From Eledone cirrhosa (Eukaryota): 64,000 nt of DNA. Where the stretch lies: assembly GCA_964016885.1 (NCBI GenBank), contig OZ024744.1, positions 69,998,001-70,062,000 of the forward strand, given 5' to 3'. How positions within the stretch are numbered: position 1 is the stretch's first letter; each line of letters opens with the position of its first letter. Made by a program: the position numbers and the translations under genes. Under the pieces are notes generated by a model that saw only the letters and a program-made list of their open reading frames with translations, was not told where the DNA came from and made no database searches. Below are positions 39,790 through 51,289 of the stretch, one piece after another.

Positions 39790-42600
39790 ATGTAAACATG
39801 AGACATCCAGATAGGATTGTAGGAAACAGGGATGTAAGTGACATTCACGTCTGCTAGCCAGATGACCTCTCCAACAATGCAGGATTTCAGTTCCTTGTCT
39901 GTCCCATATAAGGTTTATTGTATCTGCACTGTGCTACTGTTTCTATTAGAATGTTCTACCAGTATTCCTTATTTTAAAAGTGTTGAAATATTCTGGTTTG
40001 TGTGTGATTGTCAAGGTAATATTTCATATTCATCATCATCATCACCGTTTTACATCCATTTTTTCCATGCTAGAATGGGTTAGATGAGTTGTCTTGTTGT
40101 GGGCAATGCCTAGGTCAGGTGACCACATCTTGCTCATACAGAACTGATTTGGGCTTGGTTTCTACAGCTGGATGCCCTTCCTAATGCCAACCTCATTTAG
40201 AGTGAGTACTGGGTGCTGTTTGTCGTGACATCTACACAACCACTTTACAGTGTGGGCTGGGTGCTTTTTGTCATGACACCTACTACAATGTGGACTCAGT
40301 GTTTTTTTTTTTGTTGTAACACCTACATGACCACTTTACAGTGTGCACTAGTTAGTATTGTAAATGGTTTTAGCTTCAATGTACCGTCTTATGAGAAAGT
40401 AGTTCCTTGTGGACATATTAGGAGGTAGCTGCTAATAAAATAGATGATATCTCCTCCATTGGTATGGTACAATTAACATTGTTTTATCATAATATGGAGA
40501 CTTGGAGGCACACTTATCTCTTTTATTGATCAAGAATTTAGTAGCTATCTCCTGTTTCTAACTAGTGAAGTTGTATCTAATGCATCTGTCGCAGGTCCTG
40601 TAGAGCTATTCTTCATGTCAATTTTGTTAGTATCATCTAACTCAGGGGTTGGCAACCTTTTGGGGTGTGTGGGCCACATAGCTATGCAGTGTCTCGTTGG
40701 CGGGCCACATAGCTATGCAGTGTCTCGTCGGCGGGCCACATAGCTATGAAGTGACTCATCAGTGGGCTACATAGCTATGAAGTGTTTCGTCAGTGGGCCA
40801 TGATATCAAAATATAATAAATTTGCTCAACCTCAAACTGCTCTGTCCAGAAGGCTACCTTAATCTCGAGATTTAACCCTTTAGCATTCATATTATTTTAT
40901 ATATACTATTATATTTTAATGGTAAAGGCTTTACCTCACATAATTATCTCACATAATATCGAATCTATGAGATTTTGAAAGTATTTATTTTAAAAACAAT
41001 ACCTTAACATCAGTTTGAGTGGCCAGTTACAGCCAGTTTCAACAGAAAGAGGTAGAGAATCCTGGCCGGTTTTGGCCGGTTTTGGCCGGTTTGAACACTA
41101 AAGGGTTAAAGAAGAACAATGTATTTTATGTGATATGACTTTAATGACATTCCTTACTGCAAATAAAATATAGACAGATATGCTAAATTGTTTAATGAGA
41201 TACTTGTTTTTGCCTGTTTGTTACTGTCACGCCAAAAATTACGTTCAGCTAAGTGAGTCTTGTTGCTTGACATGTTCTCTAGTCGGTATTCTAATCCAAA
41301 ATAATTCAGAGCACCTTTTCAGTGATTGTTTAGCCTAAAATTGAAACCTTCGCGAGCCGGTGGTTGTCAACCCTGGCCTAGCTGGTGGGATATGTACCTA
41401 TGCATGACTTTGTCCTGTTATCCAGAGGCTTGAAGAAAATTGGTCAACTGACTACCAACCTCAGTGCATTAACTTCCCTACTATATGTCTTGAATCATTG
41501 ACTTAGCATTTAAGATTGTATTTAAATAGATAACTATAGCCACCCATAGGTCACATGGAACTATTGTACACTCAGAGTACTAAAACATGAGGAGATTTTT
41601 TTTAGTGGGGGTAGGGTGGGCATAGGGGTTGCCTACACTCAAGATGTTATTTTTTTTTTTACATTTCTTCAACAGGGATGATAAAATATTCACAACCTGT
41701 ATGAACAGCAATTCAGACAAGATGTCAACCTGAAATATTCCTGTCAATAGCCTCATTCTGTTTGTGACTTTAGTTTTGTTTCAGTTTTTAGCAGTAGTTG
41801 TGAGGATTAATGTTATAGTCAGTCTTTTAATGTCATTGACTAGAGCAGATGGACTTTATAGCAGACAGCTCTTTCTTTAGCAAGGTTTAGTAACTCTAGC
41901 ATCCACGAGCAAGATATAGGGTCAAATATTCTTAGAGTCAAGCCATAGTTAGACTTTTCCAATGCTGCTTCACCTCCTTGAAAATAGTTTGTCGATAGAG
42001 AGCTGTTTGACTCTTCCTTTAGCATTCATGAGCAAGATACAGAGTCAAACCCCTTCTTATAGTCTAGATATAGTTAGACTTTTCAATGCTGCTTCACTTT
42101 CTTGAAGATAGTTTGTCGATAGAGAGCTGTTTGACTCTTCCTTTAGCATTCATGAGCAAGATACAGAGTCAAACCCCTTCTTATAGTCTAGATATAGTTA
42201 GACTTTTCAATGCTGCTTCACTTTCTTGAAGATAGTTTGTTGATAGAGAGCTGTTCAGCTTTTCCTTTAGCAAGGTGTAATAACTCTAGCATCCATGAGC
42301 AAGGTACAAAGTCAAACCTCTTCTTATAGTCTAGCCATGATGTTAGTAGACTTTGGTGGTACTAATTCCCTTCCTTTGTTAAAGAGATGCTCAGCACAGC
42401 TTCAAATGATTTCCGTTCAATCTATCTACTTACCAGTCACCACCCTGTTTGTTTGTTAGCGATATTGGAGAAACTCATTCAAGCAACCTAGATACAGTTA
42501 GTATATGGCATTTCTGCATGCTATGGGCTTGTTTATAGTTGTTCCATGTATATCTCTTGGTTCTTAAGCATGTGTGTTGTCCATGCAACAAATATATCTC
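39790..42600 (-). mobile_element. Ancient R4/Dong-like (RLE-type) non-LTR retrotransposon relic, interrupted by younger elements
   Basis: Minus-strand remnants KPIACRNAIY*L (about 42500) and WLDYKKRFDFVPCSWMLEL (about 42285-42340) resemble NYRPITC / WIDYKKAYDSVPHSW. RYNKPY...DKELKSCIVGEVIWLADVNV (about 39840-39930) resembles the RLE endonuclease. Confidence 0.6.
40643..41375. mobile_element. hAT (Charlie-like) non-autonomous element with internal 34-bp tandem subrepeats and a nested piggyBac-like MITE
   Basis: Termini CAGGGGTTGGCAACC / GGTTGTCAACCCTG; about 4 repeats of GGGCCACATAGCTATG..GTG. Confidence 0.75.
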
Positions 42601-43689
42601 ATAATAAGGAAAAAAGGAGCGGGGGTGGGGCGAAGGGAGATGCAGACTGTACAGACAATCCTGCTAAAAATGACTGCATCAGCCACTCAAACTGTCAACC
42701 AGACTAGTACATTGAGTTCATGGTTCATTCTTCATATGTATGTACGTATGTACGTATATATGTATATATGTATGTATGTCGGCGACTAAACCGGCAACCC
42801 CACCAAGTTTACTTGGTGAGGAGGGTGATTTTGGACACCCTGCAGAATAAAAAACAAAATCTGACAAAGGCCGGAAGAAGTCATAAGAGTCAACAGCCAT
42901 CCAAAAGTGTGTAAATATGTATATATACACATGTACATATGTATATGTGTATATACATGGGTGCATGCGTGTGTATATGCGCGGGGACATAGAAATAGTT
43001 GGGCTGGACACCCGATCGCGCGGTTAAACCACTGGGAGTCAAGGACCCCTAGCCTTTGTCAGGGCATTCTTCTAGGAGAAGGCAACTCAGGAAACTGGGA
43101 TAACTCCGATATAAAACCTGCGGCTCAGTAGTTACCGATGATGTTGATCTTTTCTTCTTTTCGGGTTATAGCTACTGTCTCTCAGAGAGTGGGATTGGCT
43201 CAGTGCACAGTCTTTGCTCACTTTAACAAAATCCTCACGCACAGGCATTGCACGGTAGCATTAATTAATAATTATTAATAATGGCATATTGTGCAATGGC
43301 CATACTCGTTAACGAAGGGGCAGCCATCATGTATGTACGTCTGTATGTATGTGCGTATGTATGTACGTATGTATGTAAATACGTACGTATGCATGTATGC
43401 GTGTGAAATACGCTTAAATATGATAAGGTATGGACCCGTGACTCTAGGGTATTTTTAAACCTGATGGAGTCCATCTCCTCTCCAGAGAAGAATAGAGAGA
43501 GTAAAAGAAAGGAAGTGAGAGAGAGATATAGAGGAAGAATCGACCCAGTATTTGACTGGTACTTTTCTATCGACCATAAATGGATGAAAAGCAAAGTTGA
43601 CCTCGGTGGGATTTGAACTCAGAGATTAATACTACAAAGCATTCTATCCGACGTTCTAACTTGTTTAATTCAATTCGAAACCTCGCGCC

Positions 43690-44100
43690 TAGCTCGAGCC
43701 GGTGGGGCTGGATCGAGGGGACGGCAAAAGGCTAGATGGCATGACCATCTTCCCGTCCCGCGGTGGCAAACCCCTCGTCTGGGATGCCACTTGCACCGAC
43801 ACTTTCTGCAGCCGCAACCTGGTGCAGTCTGCGACTGACCCAGGTTCTGCTGCACGTCGGGCTGAGGGGGCCAAACTCCTCAAATACCGGTCGCTCTCCG
43901 ACAGGTTTGCGGTCGTTCCCCTGGCAGTGGAAACTTCTGGTGTCCTCGGCCCCAGGGCTACCTCCTTACCACTATAGGCGCTGAGCTGGCCAGCCGCAGG
44001 TGTGAGCCCCGCGAATTGGAGTGGCTTTTCCAGCGCGTATCCCTTGCCGTCCCCTGGGGAAACGCCTTCTCCATTCTGTCCGCCGGGGCTGTGGGTGGGC
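43690..44100 (+). mobile_element. CRE-clade non-LTR retrotransposon 3' fragment (restriction-like endonuclease)
   Basis: GLDRGDGKRLDGMTIFPSRGGKPLVWDATCTDT...KYRSLSDRFAVVPLAVETSGVLGP. Confidence 0.85.
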
Positions 44101-44494
44101 CCCATCGCGTACCAATACATTAGTTAAATACCATTCTTTCATCTCATACAACACAATAACTATACAGAATGGAAATTATATCGTCTTTAAGGATTTGTAA
44201 ACTTCATTATAAATATATCTAAATGACAAACATTTATCAACATAAGAAACCATGGGACATAACTCTATAATACGATAAACAGAGTTATTTTTCTTATACT
44301 AAGAATTCTATACTATTTTAGATTAAATGGAAGTTGATTGTATTACTGTAATGCGATATGAAAAACTAAGGTCTCAATTAATTGAAAATATCATTTTTGT
44401 CGTATAAAGAAAATAAAAATACGGGGGATACAATTACAAAAAAAAATAATAATTCATTTCTCAAATTAATTGGTGCAACCGGTTTCCCATTACA

Positions 44495-44865
44495 ACTGGA
44501 GTTGGTCTCGACTGTAATGGCGGCAACCGACCAAACAGGACAACACTCTTTTCGTTGGGTGGAAGTAAATTTCTAATCTGGGACGTCACGTGCTGTGACA
44601 CGTTCTCCGCCTCCAGTTTTGACACTTCGCCCATAGGCGAGAAATATCGGTCGTTCTTCGATAGGTTTGCGGTCGAGCCCGTAGCAGTGGAGACTTCTGG
44701 TGCCCTTGACCCTAGGGCCACATCCTTGCTCAGAATTAGCACAGAATTGGCTACCTGTAGGTATGAGCCTCGCGAGCTGGAATGGCTCTTCCAGCGCGTC
44801 TCCCTCACCATGCTCTGGGGAAATGCCTTCTTTATTCTGTCCGCCGGGGCCACAGGGCAGCCAAA
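44495..44865 (+). mobile_element. Second CRE-clade RLE fragment
   Basis: LIWDVTCCDTF...KYRSFFDRFAVEPVAVETSGAL...WLFQRVSLTMLWGNAFFIL. Confidence 0.85.
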
Positions 44866-45265
44866 GCATGGGCTCCTATTTGCTCATAATAGTGAGAGAC
44901 GGAGACAGTGAGAGTTTGGTTCTTTTCTGTTCGGACCTAGTGTATATGTATATTTTTCACTGACACACACATCCCCTATTGAGGTGGAGTAATGGTTCTG
45001 CTTTCTTGCCAACTTTGGCATTAAACTTATAAACTTGTTTATATAAAATTTATGTATGTGGACTAGGGTTTTCCAGTAATTTTGCAAAACTTAAACATAA
45101 AACAGTTAGATAGCCAAAATACTGGAACTTGACAAAACCCCCAACCACAAAAAAAAAAAAAATTGTTGGCCTTGTGTCTAAATTAGAAACCATTAAAATT
45201 TAGCCCCAGGTCAGGTCTCATTGAGAAGACCTCTAAACAAGGGTTCAAGAAACGGGTTAACCCAC

Positions 45266-45511
45266 AGCAGTTGTACAATTCTCCTTTGAGTAATTCTGGA
45301 AATACAGACGCAGCTTCTCCGAAAACAGGAGATGTCTGCCTTAGCAGATTTGGAGATACGTCGGAAGTATAAGGGTCAGTAATGTCACATAAGGGAAAGA
45401 ACAACCGGTGTCGACTTCTCTTCCTCTTTGACTGCCGTGTGAGATCGGCGGTATATATCCTAGGTTTCTGGAAAAAGGTTTGGCGGGTACGGCCTTGCGG
45501 ATATAAACCAT
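45266..45511 (-). CDS. Candidate internal host exon (246 nt, phase 1-1), unknown product
   Basis: Acceptor CTATCTTCGATCTTGTTCAG, open frame GLYPQGRTRQTFFQKPRIYTADLTRQSKRKRSRHRLFFPLCDITDPYTSDV...ELYNC, possible donor GTGGGT. Sequence is not repeated in the window. Confidence 0.35.
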
Positions 45512-45703
45512 CTGAACAAGATCGAAGATAGGTGAGGCTACGCTTTTGCCCTTACAACACCCCCTCTTATTGTCTAATCTAGAACCAACGAAAGAATTTC
45601 TACACTCGACCTGTTGGAAATAGCAATGAAATATGTTTCACATTGCACTCGAAAGATGGATATATTAGATAGAAAGATGGATATATTAGATAATATTATA
45701 CTA

Positions 45704-46552
45704 CAGACCTGTCAACTGTTTGACCTTTTAGCAGTATTAGTTATCGAGTAGTCGCCACTTTAACAGGGTAGATGATTGAAGGTCGTTAGTTGCCAGTGTG
45801 GTAAGTGATAGTATCCTCGTTGGATTATCTTGTTGACATAGACGTGAGGGAAGGTCCCTCGATCTATTTACCATCTATTTACAATATTCCTTTCGTCAGG
45901 TCGCCAATTCCAGCAGCATGGATTATAGATGTTATTGAGACACGAGTAACTTAATAATGATTTCAACAGCAGTAATTAGAGATGAAATGTTTGTTTATTT
46001 TTGATGTAGTACAAACAATGTTTGTTAACTTATATGGTTGAAATTACAGATAAAAAGAGGTTACAAAAGGGAATGTGCCATTGCGCCGTTAAGCCGGCGA
46101 GGCTAGGGTGCAATATGTTACCGTTACATTATGCGAGTTGCTGGCTTGAAGTTTCCGGTACAAGAGAGAGATTCTTCAAATCTTCGCGGGGTATTTCTTC
46201 CTCAGGGCGCGTAGGGATACATCCTCTTCTACTGGCGCTGATTGGCTGAACTGAACCAAATCACGCACAGAGAATGTATGTGAGACCGCGGAATGTAGGT
46301 CACTACAACCTGTTTGACGATGAGATCTCACACACATTTTAGGGTAGTTTGAGAGTATCAAACCTGCCAACCTCTAAAAACCCGAACGGGGAGTACCATG
46401 AAAGAAAGTGCCCCATAACGGGGAGAAATGAGGCAAAATGGCGAGATTTTACATAATGAAAGTTATACCCATTTTCACAAGAGAAGACATCTCTCACCCA
46501 CCCCAAAGTGGGTGGGAGATCTCCCCGTCAGACGGTGAGAGTTGACAGGTCT
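45704..46552. mobile_element. MITE with CAGACCTGTCAAC termini hosting a solo LTR
   Basis: CAGACCTGTCAACT at 45704 and AGTTGACAGGTCTG ending at 46552. Confidence 0.6.
45727..46307 (-). mobile_element. Gypsy solo LTR (variant U5)
   Basis: 45930-46307 matches the LTRs at 50379-50912 and 55554-56070. 4-bp TSD ACCT (45723-26 / 46308-11). Confidence 0.9.
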
Positions 46553-46863
46553 GCCACCAAGAAGACAGTATCGTCACGGCTGGAATAACTTTGATCATAA
46601 GTCAGCTCGATCAGGATTGTATTGGAATTAAATGACATCAGTACTGAATAACCTAAGATCATTAACCAAATGTCATTGGCTATGCAAGCCGATCCTGCTC
46701 CTATAATTAGAGGAAATAATAGGAGAGGTCACTTTACTTATTCAAAACTGATGGGTAATCATGACTTTAAGTGTCCCGTAAAATATTAGACATTTATTTT
46801 ATTTTATTATTTACTTCTATATATAAATTTGAACGACTTCCGTCCGTCACACACAGCGCGCGC

Positions 46864-47160
<297 letters not shown>

Positions 47161-47487
47161 TCAGTGTGTTGTGATTATACATATACTGTATATAGGTTTT
47201 AGAATCGGGGTGACTAACAATCAAAATAAGAAGATTAAGTGTTGTGAATATCCGAGTTCCAGAAGAAACATACGTCATGTAAAGACCTTTCTCTCGTTTT
47301 TCTGTAGAATTCTGTTGTTTTTACCATTATGTCTTGTGGAATTTTTTAGAGATGTTCTTGAGTGCTCCCCCCTCCCATCTCTCTTTATATATTATTTGTT
47401 TGATGTACTTGTATAGATCTAGCATAGTGCACCGACCCCACACACAGATACAAACGCATACACACATATGTAGATATATACACATAT

Positions 47488-47543
<56 letters not shown>

Positions 47544-48265
47544 GGTGGTTGCCAACTCGTTTTCGAGTACGGCCACTACTTTATATCCATGTAGGAGAAC
47601 CCCTACCAATGTGCTGAACAAGTGTGACTTTTTAGTCCAGCCAGCGACTTGAAAACTCTGGTACAAACACTGCACTTGTGACAATTATTGACACATAGTG
47701 CTGGGCCCATGGTACCATGTGATGACAAGTGCAGAGAGATCTCCAGATATAAAGCAATGCCTGTGCCGTGAAGCTTTTATAGTGAGCAAAGGCACTGCAC
47801 AAAGCCAGTCCCACTCTCTTAACCAAGATGATATTTACCAAAAAGTAGAACAAGTCAACATCATTGGATACCATCAGGGTTGCAGGTGTTATATCAGCGT
47901 TTTCCTTCTCCTAGAATTCTGCCTTGACAAAGGCTAAGGGGTCATCTCTCCCGGTGATTTTGGATGGCCATTGACTCTTAAGAGCTCCTTTGCCCTTTGA
48001 CAGGTTTTGTTTTTAGTCCTGCAGGATGTCCAAAGTCACCCTCCTCACCAAGAAACCTTGGTGGGGTTGCCAGTTTAGTCGCCAACGACCCGACCATGAG
48101 GCAGATTGTACTGGGATACATGTTACCAGTAACACCAACATATATACACACATACGCACACACACACACACATACACATATACACATATACACATACATA
48201 CATACATACGCACATACACACACATATGCGCATACACACACACACATATATATATATAGACGCAT

Positions 48266-48304
<39 letters not shown>

Positions 48305-48687
48305 CATATATATATAAACAGACGCATATACACATACATATACATTCATACACACATACATACACATATACACACACACATATACACATCCATACATGCA
48401 CACATATACACACACATACATACGCACATACACACACATATACGGATACATACACATACATACACACGTATACACAAGCACACACATACATACACACATA
48501 TAGACACATACACACACATACATACAGATACATATACACACACACATGTGTGTGCGTGTGTGTGAGTGTGTGGTGAGTGTGTGTAAAGAAAAGGTAAAGG
48601 AAAGAAGAGTGCTCTATGTATAGTACAGACGAAATATATATATACATATATACATATATATATATATATACATACATATATACACAT

Positions 48688-48740
<53 letters not shown>

Positions 48741-48778
48741 TATACACATATATATACATACATATATAAACACATATA

Positions 48779-49674
48779 CGAGGTGTGTCAGAAAAGTTCC
48801 AGGACTGATGTCACAAAAGATTTATTTCAAACCCAAACTTCACACTGAGAGTTTTCTCCTTCAAAGTAATCCCCCTGGAGTATATAAATGTAATCTTAGC
48901 TCTCTGCAGCGATCAAACTTTTTTCTTCATAATTTTATATACATGTCCTCTGTTTCAGGTCGTCAAGCAATGAGCACAGAGCAACGAACAAACTTGAAAA
49001 TTCCGTCAGAAGCACTGGGATTGCTGCAGCAAGTGTATGGAGATGAGACGATGTCACGGTCATGTGTTTTTGAGTGGTGCAAGAGGTTTAAAGAAGGACG
49101 CGAGGACGTGGAAGATGACCCCAGGAGTGGAAGGCCCTCAACAACCAGGACTGAAGTCAACGTTGCGCGCGTCAGGCAGATGGTGCGTAGCGATCGTCGG
49201 CTGACTGTTCGACTGATGGCAAATGAGCTGGGCATGAATCGGGACAGCGTCTGGAAGATTCTCACTGAAGATTTGGACATGCGGAAAGTCTCCGCGAAGA
49301 TGGTGCCAAAACTGCTGAACGATGACCAGAAGGGTCGACGCATGCAAGTGTGCCAGGACATCCTCGAGGGTCTTGAAACCGAACCGGACTTGTAAGGGAC
49401 AGTCATCACCGGTGATGAGTCATGGATCTTCGAGTACGACCCGGAGGGGACCCGTTTTGAAGACGTGGAAGACATCAAAAAGGCCGTGACGAAGGAACTG
49501 AGGAGGATCCCAGAAGAATCATTCCAGGAATGCATGCAAGCGTGGCAGAAAAGGATGGGAAAGTGCATTAGACTCCAGGGGGATTACTTTGAAGGAGAAA
49601 ACTCTTAGTGTTAAGTTTGGGTTTGAAATAAATATTTTGTGACATCAGTCCTGGAACTTTTATGACCCACCTCG
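48779..49674 (+). mobile_element. Internally deleted mariner DNA transposon
   Basis: TIRs of about 60 bp (CGAGGTGTGTCAGAAAAGTTCCAGGACTGATGTCACAAAA...), TA TSD. Transposase remnants [44 protein letters not shown] joined directly to GTRFEDVEDIK (DDD domain deleted). Stop at 49393. Confidence 0.95.
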
Positions 49675-49720
49675 TATACACACACACACACGCACGCACA
49701 CACACACACATACATATATA

Positions 49721-49886
49721 TATAGTTAAAGAAAGAAGAGTAACATGGTTGGCTGTACAATAAGGGCTTTATTTAAAGTACTGACAATTGTTTCGTTGAT
49801 CAGGTGTGTCAACGAAACAATTGTCAGTACTTTAAATAAAGCCCTTATTGTACAGCCAACCATGTTACTCTTCATTCTTTAACTAT
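49721..49886. repeat. Palindrome whose centre lies inside a hammerhead stem II
   Basis: Arms 49721-49799 and 49809-49886. The right arm starts TCAAC GAAA CAATTG TC AGTAC (3' half of a hammerhead). Confidence 0.85.
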
Positions 49887-50030
49887 TATTACTCCAAGTA
49901 CAACCTGCATAGAAATTACCGCGATCTCGCTGCATAACTATGGAAACATCTTGTTGAGTCAAACAAAGCCGTACGTTAAAACTATCCACGACGCGGAGTA
50001 CTCATAACCTCTAACTGGATTACCTATAAC

Positions 50031-50263
50031 GATAACTTGTTATCCCATATAAATATATGTGTGTGTGTAGATAAATCTACCAAAATATACGGTAGTGTCC
50101 AATCCGTATGAAGAACTCAATGTAATCCAAATATAGAAGATATCATGAAAAGAGAAGATGCATTGAAAAATTTACGATAAAAATCATAGGAAAACAGAGT
50201 CAATATATATATCGATCGACTTTCGTCAAATCGGACCGAGGAAACAATGTTTCCGTTGGTCTT
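50031..50263. repeat. Left arm of an inverted duplication of about 235 bp (right arm 56273-56518)
   Basis: Near-identical reverse complements on either side of the Gypsy element. Confidence 0.9.
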
Positions 50264-50264
50264 C

Positions 50265-50310
<46 letters not shown>

Positions 50311-51289
50311 AGGGTGAAAGCAGCGATTCTTTGCTTAAACTTTAATCTGTTATTTTAATATATATATATATATATATATTTAGGGAATTGGTCACAGGGT
50401 TATTTACTTTGGTAAACGCCACTGCAGGCCAGCCACTAATTAAATTCGATACAGATATGATAAGGTTAACAAACTTACTCGTGAGTGAACTGACGGAGAG
50501 CCGGTCGCCAAATAATCAGCATGGTAAATTAAATGTTATTGAGACACGAGTAACATAATAATGATGTCAACAGCAGAAATTAGAGATGAAATGTATGTTT
50601 ATTTTTGTTGTAGCACAAATAATGTTGGTTAACTTGTATGGTTGAAGTTACACATAAAAGTGAGGTTACAAAAGGGAATGTGCCATTGCGCCGTTAAGCC
50701 GGCGAGGCTAGGGTGCAATATGTCACCGTTACATTATACGAGTTGCTGGCTTGAAGTTTCCGGTACAAGAGAGAGATTCTTCAAATCTTCGCGGGGAATT
50801 TCTTCCTCAGGGCGCTTAGGGATACATCCTCTTCTACTGGCGCTGATTGGCTGAACTGAGCCAAATCACGCACAGAGAATGCATGTGAGCCCGCAGAATG
50901 TAGGTCACTACAATACCCCCCTTCTAGACGGAAGTCGATACAGATTATTGAATCAACAAGAAAAAGGTTCATGTCTGCAAGCATTAACACAGAATGAAAA
51001 AAATGTACAGCAAAAGATGCAAAATGCATGAAAAGGTAACACTCTTCGCAATAAAGGGGCCCCAAATGCGATAAACACAAATAAATTTTTTGCTAGGCAC
51101 TGAAAATGCCACATGTAGCATAGATATAAAAATGCACTAAAAAAAATGGACTGTGTCAGAATTGACAACAGTCGTAATGTTACGAAAAATAACATATATT
51201 GACACTGCCGTAGGCAGTCAAGAATCAAAAAGCAACACAATGAAATATACAGCAAAAACAATTGGAAGAAGAAAAGAATACAATTCAGT

